From assembly GCA_051362555.1 (NCBI GenBank), contig CM120642.1, forward strand, positions 19,468,001 to 19,532,000: a stretch of DNA of 64,000 nucleotides, in the 5' to 3' direction. The position numbers were made by a program, and so were the translations under genes. Origin of the DNA: Lingula anatina (Eukaryota > Animalia > Brachiopoda). Positions 22,650 to 35,700 of this stretch are shown one piece after another. How positions within the stretch are numbered: the first letter of the stretch is position 1; every line of letters starts with the position of its first letter. A model generated the notes under the pieces. The model was not told the DNA's origin. It ran no database searches and saw only the letters and a program-made list of their open reading frames with translations.

Positions 22650-25600
22650 ATCTTAATTGTAGTTTCTTGTCTCAAATTATTCAATCACTGTGTAATTTAT
22701 TCCACATAAAACGCTATCATACTAGCGCATGGCATCCACAAAGTGACGTAGCTTATGAAAGAACCAATTCAATAATTGGACAAACTTTAAGAGAATATTA
22801 TGATAAAGATCAAACTAATTGGCCTGATATTCTTCCAGGTGTAATGATGGCATTACGTATGACTTTTTGTGCACAATATACATATTTTTCTCCTTATTAA
22901 TTAGTATTTGGACGAGAAATGCGTACCCATTAGATAGTGATCTGATCCCTGAACCTAATGAAAATAAAAATCTACATCAATACATCGAAGAATTGAAAGA
23001 CACACTTAAAACGGCAAAAGAAATTGCAACAGAGAACAGGGAAGCAGCTCAGAAACAGTATAAAACAGGTATAATTAAGTCAAAGCAACCGATTTATAAA
23101 GTAGGTTATAGAGTTTGGTTATATACACCAATAACACCGAAAGGATTAAGTTCTAAATTGTAGACCAAGTACAAAGGACCATATTACATCACGAAAATAT
23201 TATAAACAGTGTGCACGTATTATTTGAGAGATTGTAAAACACACAAAGAACATAAATCGCCTGTTCATGCAAACAGATTGAAAATGTATTATGACCCTAA
23301 AGTCTGCAATATATACAAACGGCTGAATGAAAGTAATTATGAGCAAGACAAAAAATCAAATGGGAATAAAACGACCAGTGGAAGGCAAGATAGAGACATT
23401 CATGACACAGAAATAGTGGAACTTGCTTCGGACAGTAAGCAAGACGCATACGAGTATTATGAAGTAGAAACATTATTATGTTGTAAGAATATAAACGCAA
23501 AGAGACATTACAAAGTATAATGGAAGGGTTATAAGAACTCTTCCTGGGAACCTGAAGAAAATATTTCAGATGCATTAAAAATAGATTATAATATCAATAA
23601 GACGTAATAAGGATGACGAAGAAAACGTAGAAATTAAAAAAGAAACACAATGCCCAATATCTTCGAGACGAGTTCGATAATCGATACACTGGTAAATAAA
23701 AAGATATTTCACACACATTGTAAAAAGTACTCAGAGGTCAAATGTATAATTTGGACAACACAGTGATACAGCTTAACTGAACCCTAAATGCAAACCGATT
23801 TTCTGTCTGCCTATCTATTCTATTTATCTGATTTCCTATCTTTTTTCTAAAACAGGCTAAGTTTAAAGCAGTATACACTGAAAAAAAAAACAAGAGCATT
23901 GACCTTCTGAAATGATGATTCTATGAATTCTCACTGTACTTTTATGGCAGCATCAGCACGCTCAGTGCTGTTGAGTGTAAACCATTTTGTTCTGAAGTAC
24001 TGTTTAACAAAGGACATTGATCTTATTCAGTTCAGGAAATGTTACTCCCAAACGATGTTAAACATGTCACCACAAGGTTAACGCCACGCCATAATGGATT
24101 GTATATTAAACTGAAAAATACAGACGAGATGTTTTGAAAAGTGAATGACTTTAAGTTTACATAGCTGACCCTACCCAGGAATACCCTAGAACAACGACCT
24201 CTTTAAATTGCTTTCAATAATGTGTCATTCAAATTCTTTGCTATTGCAGTTTGAACTAAGATGGATTATTTATTTCCCACCCAAGTGGTAAGTTGTGAAA
24301 CAACACTAAGATAGCACAGCATTATTCCATTAATTTGGGAGTATTTCTATTCATCATGCATATTTTCTACATGAAACGCAAAGATTTATTTAATAAAGTA
24401 CGGAATAAACTGTTCTTTAGCTCATTTCAAGGATTTTTTTCATGTTCTTGCCGATAATGTTAGTGATTATATGAGCTTATGAAAGTGACTCAAACAGCAG
24501 AGAGAGACAAGAGCAAATTCATATTTGTATTGCAGATTTTAGCAAACGAAATATTCTCTACAGATGATTAATCTCAAATACTAGTTTAAATTTATTATTT
24601 GAGCTTATTGGTCATGATGAAATTTGGTCTGTGTATCAAAGCCAGGCAATTGGCATTAGTAGTGGCTTTAATAAAGGAAGTATATGTATAAACAATATAG
24701 TGCTTACTATACCGTAGTGATTATCATATTTCGCAACAAAATCAATTAATAAGCCGAAGGAACTTAGAAACACATATTCATTCATATTACAAAGTGAAGT
24801 AATAACTATTCTCACTTTGACAATTTTACTTTAGTTTTTGTTTCTACATACTACATCCGTCAAAACATTGACATGGCTTGACAAGTATAAACATCATAGT
24901 AAACAAACGTTATTTTGCAACGAGATATCATATTTTCACTTTCTACAGCTTTTAAGCCCAGGAGTTATCCAAGAGCGCATATTGTGCATTTTGCACATGA
25001 AACATGCTTGCGCACTTTCCTACATTTAGTTTGAACCATTTTATCACAATGCAGATTAATTTTAATCCAAGATGAATTTGACTTAACTAGCTACGTGTGT
25101 AGTAACAGAGTACATATTTTTCACATATCTTTGCGAGCGAACTTTTAGTGTAAGAGGTGTGTATGTGCTATCACATTTTAATAACTTTATGATTCATTCT
25201 TCCTTATTGTTACTTCAGTGATTTCAGACACATATCTCTGCATCATTATTATTATTATTGAGAGTGTGCGAGATGCGTGGAATTAACCTGACACTTAAGT
25301 CCTGACAAATATCATTATTATTTTAATAACTATATACTATGATACATAATGATAATTATTTTATTGTGTGTTAACCATGATCATATTTTTATTTATCGAT
25401 ATTTGGCTAGATGATTTTTGTTATATGGACAATGTATTTAACTTTTGTATTGATGATAACATGAACCTAATGATATGCATTAAGGAAGATTCTCACATTT
25501 TGCGACTTATTTATCAATATAATTTTATTTTATATATTTTTATTTTTTTAATTTTACGTATTTTATGTTATTAGGTATTTGCTTTGCTTTAAAAAAATTA

Positions 25601-26175
25601 CAAAAGTAGCGATTGTTGTAAAGTTTAAGAATTCGAGGACGACTCCCTTTGAAGAAGGGGTGTACAGGTATGTTGTAAAGCGAATGTCTCATACTTTCAG
25701 TAATAACAGATAACGATTAAAACGGAATCAAACGAGTAAAGAGATAGGGAGTTACTGAGTGTAAGTTAAGTTTCATCAAGAGTCAACAAGGTAAGAAAAG
25801 GTCAAAGTCTATGTTCTAGTTTATGTGATTGGTTAAATTCATAATATATTTTAATTTTGATCATCTGTTTATCACATGATAACTAATTTTAAGATAATGT
25901 CCAAGCATGAGTAATTCCAATAATATTTTAGATATCTTTAATTGAAAACAAGCCTCTTAGGGATTGCCTAATAAGGAAATGTTCCATGGTGACTTGCAAC
26001 ATGCGAATGGAAAATATTTTGTAATCACGCAAAGATAATGCAAAGAAAATAAGAAAATGCATGATCAGTGGGCAGAAATATAGTTTAAATACCTGTGACA
26101 TTGAATGAAACGTGAGTTGGTGAATAAACTTTCGAAAGCTCCAGATCGTTGTCGTTATTCCTCACTATAACTGTG
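22650..26175 (+). mobile_element. 3' half of a degenerate Gypsy LTR retrotransposon with a chromodomain integrase
   Basis: Integrase TSAWHPQSD..ERTN, KGLSSKL*TKYKGPYYI, VHANRLKMY; chromodomain YYEVETLL...YKV*WKGYKNSSWEPEENI (23455-23590); PPT-like gaagaagggg (~25651-25660) before a TG-starting LTR with aataaa (~26124). Absent from unit B. Confidence 0.82.
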
Positions 26176-26187
26176 CTAATCATGATA

Positions 26188-26222
<35 letters not shown>

Positions 26223-26833
26223 TAGTCTTAAATCCGTAATAAAATCGTTTTAACGCTTAAAAGTTAACACTTAAAAGTAGACTTCAGAAGATACATGCAA
26301 TAATGAAGAAATATAAGTAAATTGTTAACATTTTATTTACATGAGCTAAAAATACTACAGACTTAATATTTTATGTGAAATATTTCGGTTCCAAAAGTAT
26401 GTTTAGGTTAAAATGCATTCTTCTTTTTTTCCCAATCTATTACCAGATATGTGAATGGAGAAGTGTGTAGTCAGGTGTGTCGCTGTGAATAAACTTACTA
26501 CCATGTCTGTTGCACTGCTGCATTTTGTAATATGCAGTAATTTAATTGGGTAATGCTCATTTGGGCTGTCAAAGAAGTATCCATATGTCGGCAACCACTG
26601 CATAGAATAATTTTAAATTTTGCACGTGAGTGGTCGGTTTTGCAGTGGGTAAAATTAGCTAAGCAGTGTTTTACAAAATCAGCATGTGGCGCGAGAAAGA
26701 CAAACATTGCCAAACAAATTATTGTGCCAAACGGGCCGGTGTGACGGAATGCAGGTCCTACGGACCTCGTTCCCTTGTAACGGTGGTCCTACGGATCACC
26801 GTTCCTTAGGATTAGTAGTCCTCATGGGACCTG

Positions 26834-27517
26834 GGGCCGGTTTCACAAAGCAGTAGTTAGTTAGAACAACTAACTACTGTACTACCTCGATAGCGAGCAA
26901 ACTTAGCGATTTTCGAGGGGTGTTTCACGAAGCAGTATTTAACTTATCGCTAAGTTCAGTCGTAAAGTTCGGTCGCTAGTTCTCTCGTTACTCACCGTAG
27001 TCTCGAAACCGTCTGCCGGAAGTGGAACTCTTGCGTAAAAGTGTCACGAAAGCACTAACTCTCCAATTTTTGGTGGCTGGAAATGCATAAGAACGTCTGC
27101 TTTGAGGTCGTCGTAAAGGATCTCCACCACCCTTTGCCGCTCTTTTTGTCACAGCTAGGCGCAACCTCTCGTAAATTGCATCATCGTATGTTTATTATAA
27201 TAGATTTTGCCTTTCATGAAAACGTCGTAGTCTACGTTGCCGTCTGGCAGTACGGATAGCAAGAAAGGTAGCCGCCATATTGGATACAAAGACAAACGAC
27301 AGACAACGGTAACTAAGCAACCTTATTTCACTCATTACGCATGCGTACGATGAAACTCTAGAGTTAGCGACTGGTCTGACCAGTCGTTAAATATCCATGG
27401 TAACAACGAGAAAATAACGAGCGAGAGAACTAGCGATTGCTTCGTGAAACGGCACTCATAACTAGCGAGAGGCTAACTACCGATCGCTAACTAACTACTG
27501 CTTTGTGAAACCGACCC
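26834..27517. mobile_element. PIF/Harbinger-type MITE nested in the Ginger-like element
   Basis: ~30-bp TIR ggg(c/t)cggtttcacaaagcagtagttagttag with a 3-bp CTG duplication. Confidence 0.85.
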
Positions 27518-27680
27518 CTGTATTCCTGTCATAAATATGGATATGACATCTTTTTCTGGCGGACCTGCATTCCGTTTACATTCATTCCTATCAGGATTCA
27601 TGTTGATTCACCGTATAGATCTTGATGAAAATAGGAGTATATATATTTCTGCACCTTGAAAGATCTACATTATAGTTGTT

Positions 27681-27777
27681 AAATATAATCCGAGCTTTCG
27701 GCCCCTTGGCTTTCTTCGGGGATTATCTATGACAATCCCTAAAGAAGGCCCAGGGACCGAAAGCTCGGATTGTATTT
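27681..27777. ncRNA. Inverted pair of minimal type-I hammerhead ribozyme motifs (Penelope-like pLTR type), each with one core mutation
   Basis: Plus strand aatcc-cTAAAGA-aggcccagggacc-GAAA-gcTC-ggatt; minus strand aatcc-cCGAAGA-aagccaaggggcc-GAAA-gcTC-ggatt. The consensus restores CUGAAGA...GAAA with a palindromic AGCU stem III. Confidence 0.7.
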
Positions 27778-28766
27778 TACATCCATTCCTAGAAACGCTA
27801 GACCTACCCTGTAGGACTTGCATATCTAAGACTAAGTGTCTGGTCAGACTAGCGTTACTAGGACTACCATTCCGATCACACCGGTCTGCACAGTTTTATA
27901 GAGTTATTCCCAGTCCTTTGTACCTAGACAGATCACACCCAATGTATCGAAACCTTACTACCAGGTTACAGGACTCACTGTCCTTTCAGATGTGCTGCCG
28001 CAACTAAACACAAACCATCCATACCGTTCAGTATGAGGGAAAAATTGCCACTACAACGCGTTTACAAGGACCTTTTCGAACACCAGACTGGTTTGAGCAG
28101 ACGACCTCTTCGGAAACCACTGTTTTAACACCAAAACGTCGTCTTCTGTTTCTCTAATTAATTGGAGACCATAACTGTTTCTTGGTAGAACACTAAAACC
28201 CCGTCGCTATCTTTATTGAGGTCAGATTTCACATATACCGCTCAATTATAGTCAAAACAGAGTTCACAGACATCCAAAATAGGCCTACGACTAAACAGTA
28301 TTTGGCGTGGATACCACATTGGTGCCAAACACCATTGGTAGTCATCGATAAGAACCTAAACGAGATCAAATAATGGAATAATCTGGAAACCACTTGACTA
28401 TAATAGGAACACTTTTATGATGCACGATGAGATTGCCAGTTCACACCGAGTAATTTTAATAGTAGTTAACTTCCTGAACCAAGGGAATAAGCAGCTACTT
28501 TGGTCATCAAAATCGCCATATTTAAAGCACATTGGCAATATGTGAATAGTCATTAATCGCCGAATCAACGGCCAACATGTCCTACAATAAAACTGAACCA
28601 AATTGGACACGTTTTGAAAGATGTCTGGTATGTTATTCCAGATTAAACTCTACAAATCTATCCAAAGGAATGCCTTGACGCTTGAGAGCCATGGTAGCAG
28701 CAAGATGAGGACCGGGGTAACAGCGACCAATGCTGTGGCTAGACACTGACATTTGGGTCCTTTGTG

Positions 28767-29100
28767 AGGCGTCACACTTATTCGGAAACGGCAGGAATCA
28801 AGCAGAACCAGCCGGGGTAAAGGATTTTTAAAATTCGTACTACATTCGGGGAGAAATGTCAAATTGACTTAAATTCTTGTAAGAATGTCGTTGGAATATT
28901 CAGAATGCGCTTGAAACCACCTTGAATGATTGGAGCACACTTCGGCTGTATTACCTCTTAAATGCAGCTCGAGTGTAGTTGGAAAGCTTGGAATATCGAT
29001 AATGGTGTCAGATTGAAGTCAGCATATTTAGAATACACTTGAACACCGTACGAGTGTAGTTTGATTGCTGTCTGAAATGGGATTTCAGCAGCCATCGAGT
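28767..29100. mobile_element. Left part of a Harbinger-like MITE (complete but L2-interrupted in unit B, 55481-57940)
   Basis: Start ggcgtcacact. The matching end agtgtgacggggcc is present only in unit B (~57926-57940). Confidence 0.5.
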
Positions 29101-30958
29101 CAGGAGTGTACTGTCTACAAGATCACCAAACAGCTTAGTGGAGGCCGCAACAACCATTCTGCTCCGGTGAAAGACAAGAACGGCAACACCCTGGCCACAG
29201 AGCATGAGCAAGCAGCACGATGGGTTCAGCACTTCAAGGAGGTCCGTAACCACCTGATGATGGTATCTTGAACATCAATACAGATCCGCCCACCAGAGTG
29301 GAAGTCAGGAGTGCTATCATTGCTATGAAGCACGGCAAAGCATCTGGCATTGACAACATCCATGCAGAAATGCTGAAAGCTGATGTTGACATGGCCACAA
29401 ACTTACTGACTGACCTCTTCAGTACTATCTGGGAGAAGGACACGATACCAGACGATTGGGCAAAGGGTCTCATTGTAAAGCTCCCCAAGAAAGGCAACCT
29501 CCATGAGTGTGACAACTGGCGCGGGACCACTCTCCTGTCAATACCAAGCAAGATCTTCTGTCGAGTTCTGCTGAAGCGAATTGACCAAGCCATTGACTCC
29601 AGACTTAGACAGGAGCACGCAGGATTCCAGAAGGGCAGCGGATGCATTGACCAGAACTTCGCCCTGCGCAACATCATCGAGCAGTGTCTGGAGTGGAACA
29701 CGCCTCTATACATCAACTTTGTCAACTTCAAGAAAGCCTTTGACAGTGTGCACCGGGAAACATTGTGGAAAATACTGCTGTCATATGGTGTACAACCTAA
29801 GATTATCACTATAATCAGCATGTTCTACAGCCACTTCCAATGCAGTGTTATCCTGGACAATACCCTGATGGAGTCGTTCCCAGTGGATTCAGGTGTACGT
29901 CAAGGCTGTATCTTGTCCCCAGTCCTCTTCCTTGTGACCATCGACTGGGTCATGAGGAAGACAACATCCAACAAACCCAGAGGCATCCAGTGGACTCTCC
30001 TATCCCAGCTAGAAGACCTTGACTTTGCCGCTGACCTTGCCCTCCTGTCCTCCAAACACAGCCATCTCCAGGAGAAGACCGACCGTCTGAGTAGTTTTTA
30101 CAGCACAAGCGGGACTTGTCATCAGCACCACCAAAACCCAGGTTATAATAATAATAATAATATATTTATTTATTTTAAGTCTAAACTCCATATGAATATG
30201 TTCGTTAGACTTTACAAATATGTACATACATATAACAAGTATACAACTGGTCAAAACACGCTGTGTACAATCTCGCCTCCCTATGTGTATCAACAACAGT
30301 ACGACAGCACCTATCACCGTCAGTGGGAAACCACTTGAGTCTGTTGACGACTTCACATATCCGGGCAGTCAAATCAGCAAAAACAACGGGGCTCAGAAGG
30401 ACATCAGGGCAAGACTTGGCAAGGCCCAGAGTTCATTCGCCAGACTGCACACAATCTGGAAGTCAGAGCAGTACAGCTTACACACCAAAGTCCATCTTCA
30501 CAACAGCAGTGTGAAGTCTGTTCTGCTCTATGGGTCTGAATGCTGGAGAGTTACAAAGTCTGACATGAGCAGAATGGAGTCCTTCCATAACAGGTGTCTC
30601 CGCAGGATTTGCCGCATATTCTGGCCGAACAAGATCTCCAACCATGATCTGTTCATACTGACAGGGAATCAGAGTATTGTGGGGCAGATCAAGCGTCGGC
30701 GATTTCAGTGGCTCGGCCATGTACTTAGAATGGATGAAAACCGAGTACCAAAGGTAGCTCTGAGATGGACACCACCTGGAAAAAGAAAGAGAGGAAGGCC
30801 CAAGACCACCTGGCGCCGAACAGTAATAGCAGAGCTGAGGGAGTGGGACCTCACATGGGGACAGGCCCAGCACATTACCAGAGATAGGGCCAAGTGGAAA
30901 CTAGTGACTGTGGCCTTATGTCCCTCACGGGACGAAGAGGAATAATGATGATGATGAC
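29100..30958 (+). mobile_element. 5'-truncated RTE-clade LINE (RT pseudogene)
   Basis: LPKKGNLHECDNWRGTTLL, GVRQGCILSP, LDFAADLALL, WLGHVLRM, GKRKRGRPKTTW; (TGA)n tail at 30945-30957. Interrupted by a ~135-bp AT-rich insert (30146-30282). Absent from unit B. Confidence 0.93.
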
Positions 30959-32748
30959 AATGACATCAAGGAGATAATTAAACATTATTAAAACACAAGT
31001 TTAATCCTTATCGTCATTAATCAGTCAGCAAAATAGGAAAACAAACTGACGAAAAACGATCGAGAGATAAATATCCCATATTAAATGTCAAGTCTGTAGT
31101 TAAACATCGAAATAAACGATTAAAAGTACCAAGTTACAAATAAATTTAATAATCAGTCGATTCAATTATAAATGTTAAAAATAAAGGTTTTTTTACCTAA
31201 ATTTGCCAGGAGACTAACTGATTTTCAAGTGTTTTTACGACCACGAATTTGTAGAGTGAGGTTGCCATGCCATGGGATTTTGATTTGGCGTACATGGCAT
31301 CAATATATGCTAATAGATCAAGTGATAACATGTTACGATTCTGAGTATATATTAGATTAACGGCGGTTATCAATAAAACATATATATTGCATGTATAAAT
31401 ATTAAGATTTCAGATCAAGTGCGTGTAATGTTTTCCCTGGTTATGCAGCTTATTTATCTTTATTCTATTTTACTTTCTTTATTCTAATCTATGAATTTGT
31501 TACTCAGAAAAAGGTAAACTGATTAAACATTTTACATAACATTTCAGGCTTGTCGTCTGAACTGTGATGATCTAAACAGAATATACATTAGAAAAAAATA
31601 ATTGAAAAAAAACTGCACCACTAGAATTTTATTTCTTTTTAGGCTGTATCAATTATTCGACTGGGAAATGGGTACATGTAGCTAGATAAATAAACGGGGA
31701 ATCATTTGTTATTCTTTCAAGTGAGTTTAGCTGATTGAAAAACATTTTCATTTTACAAGTATGACCTGTATCTTGGTTTCATAATTCTAAATATTGACCG
31801 TTTTAGAAAGGCCTACAGTTAACGTTCAGACTTCTTTCCTGTGTTTGACCCAGAGCTCTTTCCCGTCTTGGAGAGGGATCACCGACCATTCAGCTGCAAA
31901 TTTAACCTTGGTCCATTTGTTATCCTTTGAATGCTTCCCTTCAAGTGGTTCTAATTCGAAAACACCATGCATTTATATTGAGACCCAAAGATCTATCCCA
32001 TAATGATAAAGCAGTCAAAGGACCAACCAATGCAATGCATGTCAAATCTTGTCTTGCGTGATGTTTTTCTGAGATGTGGTTGATTTCCTTTTAATGCTGT
32101 TGTGGTTATCTATAATTTGTTTTTCGTTCTACAGTGTTAAGTAGATCACGTAGGGCCTATATAACATTTTGACCTCATTTAATTCGAAATGTGTGTTTTC
32201 GGGTGTGCACGCGTGCTTATTGAAGAACAGTCATGTTGCGACATTAAGATAAAACATGCCACCCCCCAAAAAAAATTGTAACTGCATTTTGGACTGTATG
32301 ATGTTTAAAAAGAGTACCAATAAAATGTTTGCTTTCCAGAGATAAAATACTAACCATAATTATACCGGTATATTTTACAACATATTTCTACCAGGTGCGG
32401 TCGTTATCGACCCTTTGGCATTATTTATCAAATAATGATATTTTGGTAGTTATACAACAGTAACTTTTCGGTACATATAATAAACACTTCATTACGCATT
32501 TGCTGGAGAGTTATGTACAATACTTTTCTTTGCCAATCTACATGTAGGTAGTTTTAGAACACAGCATTATTTTATAGTAAGTCCTAATATTCTAGTTCGC
32601 TTATCTCATCGTGGAAACGTATTTCTTCCAAAAAAGATTTGTATTTTACTTCCAATATACACATCTGTGTTCCATATATTGATATAATTTCCTATCACCT
32701 GAACCAAAAAGTTACATGGGGAGGTACGTAGAAACTTCATTCTTTTGT

Positions 32749-32794
<46 letters not shown>
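32749..32794 (+). repeat. Poly-G tract (~46 nt)
   Basis: Directly visible. The paralogous site in unit B (~59877-59889) reads ggggagaagaggc. Confidence 0.9.
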
Positions 32795-32796
<2 letters not shown>

Positions 32797-35700
32797 AGTT
32801 GAAGAACTGAGCCATATATACTGCTGCACTTAACAAAACAGGAGGTAGGAAGCGGAATAGTTAGAGACCAGGGCGGTAACGGTGAGGCATAAAGGCACGA
32901 GCAAGGTAGAGGAGGAACTGGCGGTGTGGCAGGGTAGCTTAGAAAAGGAGGCGCATTTAAATTGTCCGGTTTAAAAGATAATAAAAGTAAATTAAACAGT
33001 CTGTATGATGACGTCTATTTAGATTTAAATTTTCAAAAGGTCGCAATTTTTTGGACAATATTATTTCTAAAAAATTAATAGCTTAAATGTTGATACAAAA
33101 TTTGTTTCTCTTTCGTCATTTGGTTTTAACTATTTATCTATCTTTTTAATGTTAAATTATTAAACTTTCTTTTACAAGAATACAATTTGTTTAGCCTTTT
33201 TAACAGTGGTCTCCAAGTCATTAAGCTGTTGAATTCGACAAACAATAGTCTAAAATCGGTGACTTGCTTTACTATGCTTCAGGCATATTTCCTACGGTTT
33301 TTATCAAATGTCAAACATCTAATGTTTTAACCATTGCGTGGTTTTACGTGTTTTACATGTTTGTACAAGTTTGATATCGACAAGCACAACAACGTATCTC
33401 TTTTGCTTTACTTCTATGCGTAGCAACAGGCCCCTTGGTATTTGCTCAAAATTCCGACTAAAATAAAAAGGCAAAAAACATTTTAAAGTATGTAAATGTA
33501 CGTGACTTAACATAATAACTAACCGAAAGTTATTAATATGATGGTCAGATATCATCTGCAAAAAGTAAAGTTCTATCTTGGTCCAATCGTTTTATTTTCC
33601 TCGTTGGTTCATAGTCGCAAACTCTGCATTTTACTTAGACTCAAAGATCTATTCCATAATGAAAAAGCAGTTACACTGACCAACCGTCGTAATGCATGTC
33701 AAATTGAGGATGCTTTGGCATACGTGTCACACCTTAGAGGTTGGTTTTTGGTGATGTGGCTTTATTTCCTTTTGTTTATCAGTAATTACTATTTTTCATC
33801 ATTAACTGATAGTAAAATCAAGTTAGAACCTCCGTATATAATATGTGATTTTGATATCGTTAAATTCAATGTATGTTTTTGTGGGGGGGGGGGCATGTTT
33901 GATCAAATACTGCCATGAGCCAACATTGATTTAGATAAAACGTGTCCTCTTAAACATTTTTATTTCTATAAGTTGCGGTTTTGAACTATGATGTTTGAGA
34001 AGAGTGCCAATTAAATATTTGCGTACTAAACATGAAAACTTAAATTAAACTTCAGGGATCACCCACCTTTTATTTCAACCATAGTTAAACATGACTAGAA
34101 GGAATCAAATTTAATGTGTTGAAATATTCATTCAAAAGACAATTAGAAAAAAGGACAGGAGTAGATTTATTGGCGCCCCCTCTCCTCCACCACTTCATGT
34201 GCTCAAGACTGACAAAGTTGCATGGTCAGTCCCCCAATTTCAGAAACTTAAAATAATTATTGCAATCTAAATAAATACTTGTGGACTTCCTTGGCAAGGT
34301 CATAGTTGAAATCAAACAACTCTTATTGCTATTCCAAATTTAACACAATTTGGACTTTACTTCCTTTTATTTTAAATTGTATTTTATTCCCTTAGACCGC
34401 AGTTATTCTTTACCAGTATACATTTACTAGCTTTTGTGGCAACAACTCATCTACTTGAATATACGTGTACATGTATACGCCTATCTGCTTATTATGCGTG
34501 GCTAAAAATGTGCTTGATTTTATAGAGGTGTACTTTTCAATTTTCAATACAAAAACACTTTTCGAGTTTGAATTTACTTCAGGCAATTGATTGGTGATGT
34601 CTAAGTTACCTGCTTTTATTTGATTCGGATTTCATCAAATGCCAAACATCTTATGCTCTTACCATGGTTTTACGTGTTTGACAAGTTTGATTTTGACTAG
34701 CAAAAAAGTTAAAGTCTATCATGGTACAATCACTTTTATTTACATAAAGGTCTACCCATAATAATAAAACAGTCACACTGGCCAATCCTTACAATGAATG
34801 TCCAATCAAAGACGCTTTGGCATACGTGCTACACCTTATGGCTTGACTTTATTTTCTTCCAGATGTCTTTGTGTTTATCAGTAGTTATTTTTGTCATACT
34901 TAAGTGGTAGTTAGATCACGCAGGAACCTGTCTTACAGTTGATCTTGATCTCTTTAAATTCGATATGTGTTTTATTCCAGAAGTAAAACAGTTTGGATTT
35001 TATGTAAAATTTTATTTTATCCTCTTACACTGCAGTCACTTTTTATCAGTATACATTTATTAGCTTTTGTGGCAACATCTAATTAACATGCATATAGGTC
35101 TATCTACTAACAGATATGCGTGGTTTGATTGCATACAGGTGTACACTGTGCATATCATTTTCAAGAACGTTTCATTTCAATTTTAATACGAAAACGCTTT
35201 TTCGAGTTTGAATATGCTTTGATTGGTGATGTCTGAATTATCGACTACCATTTGATACAGTTTTCGTCATGTTAAACATCTAAAGTCTAGCTAATTAGAG
35301 GTTCACGTATTTTACAAGTTTGAGCTCAACTAGCAGATTAACGTTTTTATTTTGAGGCAACAAGACCCCTTAGTATTTTCTTAAAATCCCAAGTAAAAGA
35401 AACAGGAAACATCATTCAAAGCATATAAGGGTACTTAACTAAACATATTACAAACAAAATCCCGAATGTTTTCAATGGTAGGGAATGTGTAATATGATGG
35501 TTAGCTGTCTTCCAGAAAAAGTTTAAGTTCTATCTAGTCTAATCGTTTTCATTCTCTTCCATTGGTTCAAAGTCGAGAACTCCCTGCATTTTATTAAGAC
35601 TTAAAGCTCCCTTCCATAATAATCCAACAGTCACACTTGCCAATCTTTGCAATGTGTGTCAAGTCAAGGACGCTTTGGCAGACGTGTTACACCTTCGAGA

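Larger units (their letters stand above)
26740..27880. mobile_element. Non-autonomous Ginger1-like DNA transposon
   Basis: Termini TGTGAcggaatg / cattccgaTCACA with a CCGG duplication (26736-39, 27881-84). The empty site gggCCGGtcc is in unit B at ~53908. Confidence 0.8.

Noticed and set aside
32606-32836. Poly-proline ORF, and the poly-Tyr/Leu/Phe ORFs at 15319, 16061 and 61491
   Set aside because: Artefacts of poly-G, (TAA)n and poly-T tracts.
33538-33918. Recurring plus-strand ORFs RLKDLSHNDKAVTLANPCNACQ... (LRR-like LxxLSHN)
   Set aside because: They are repeat-derived, with inconsistent starts and frequent frameshifts among copies; the LRR resemblance is too short.
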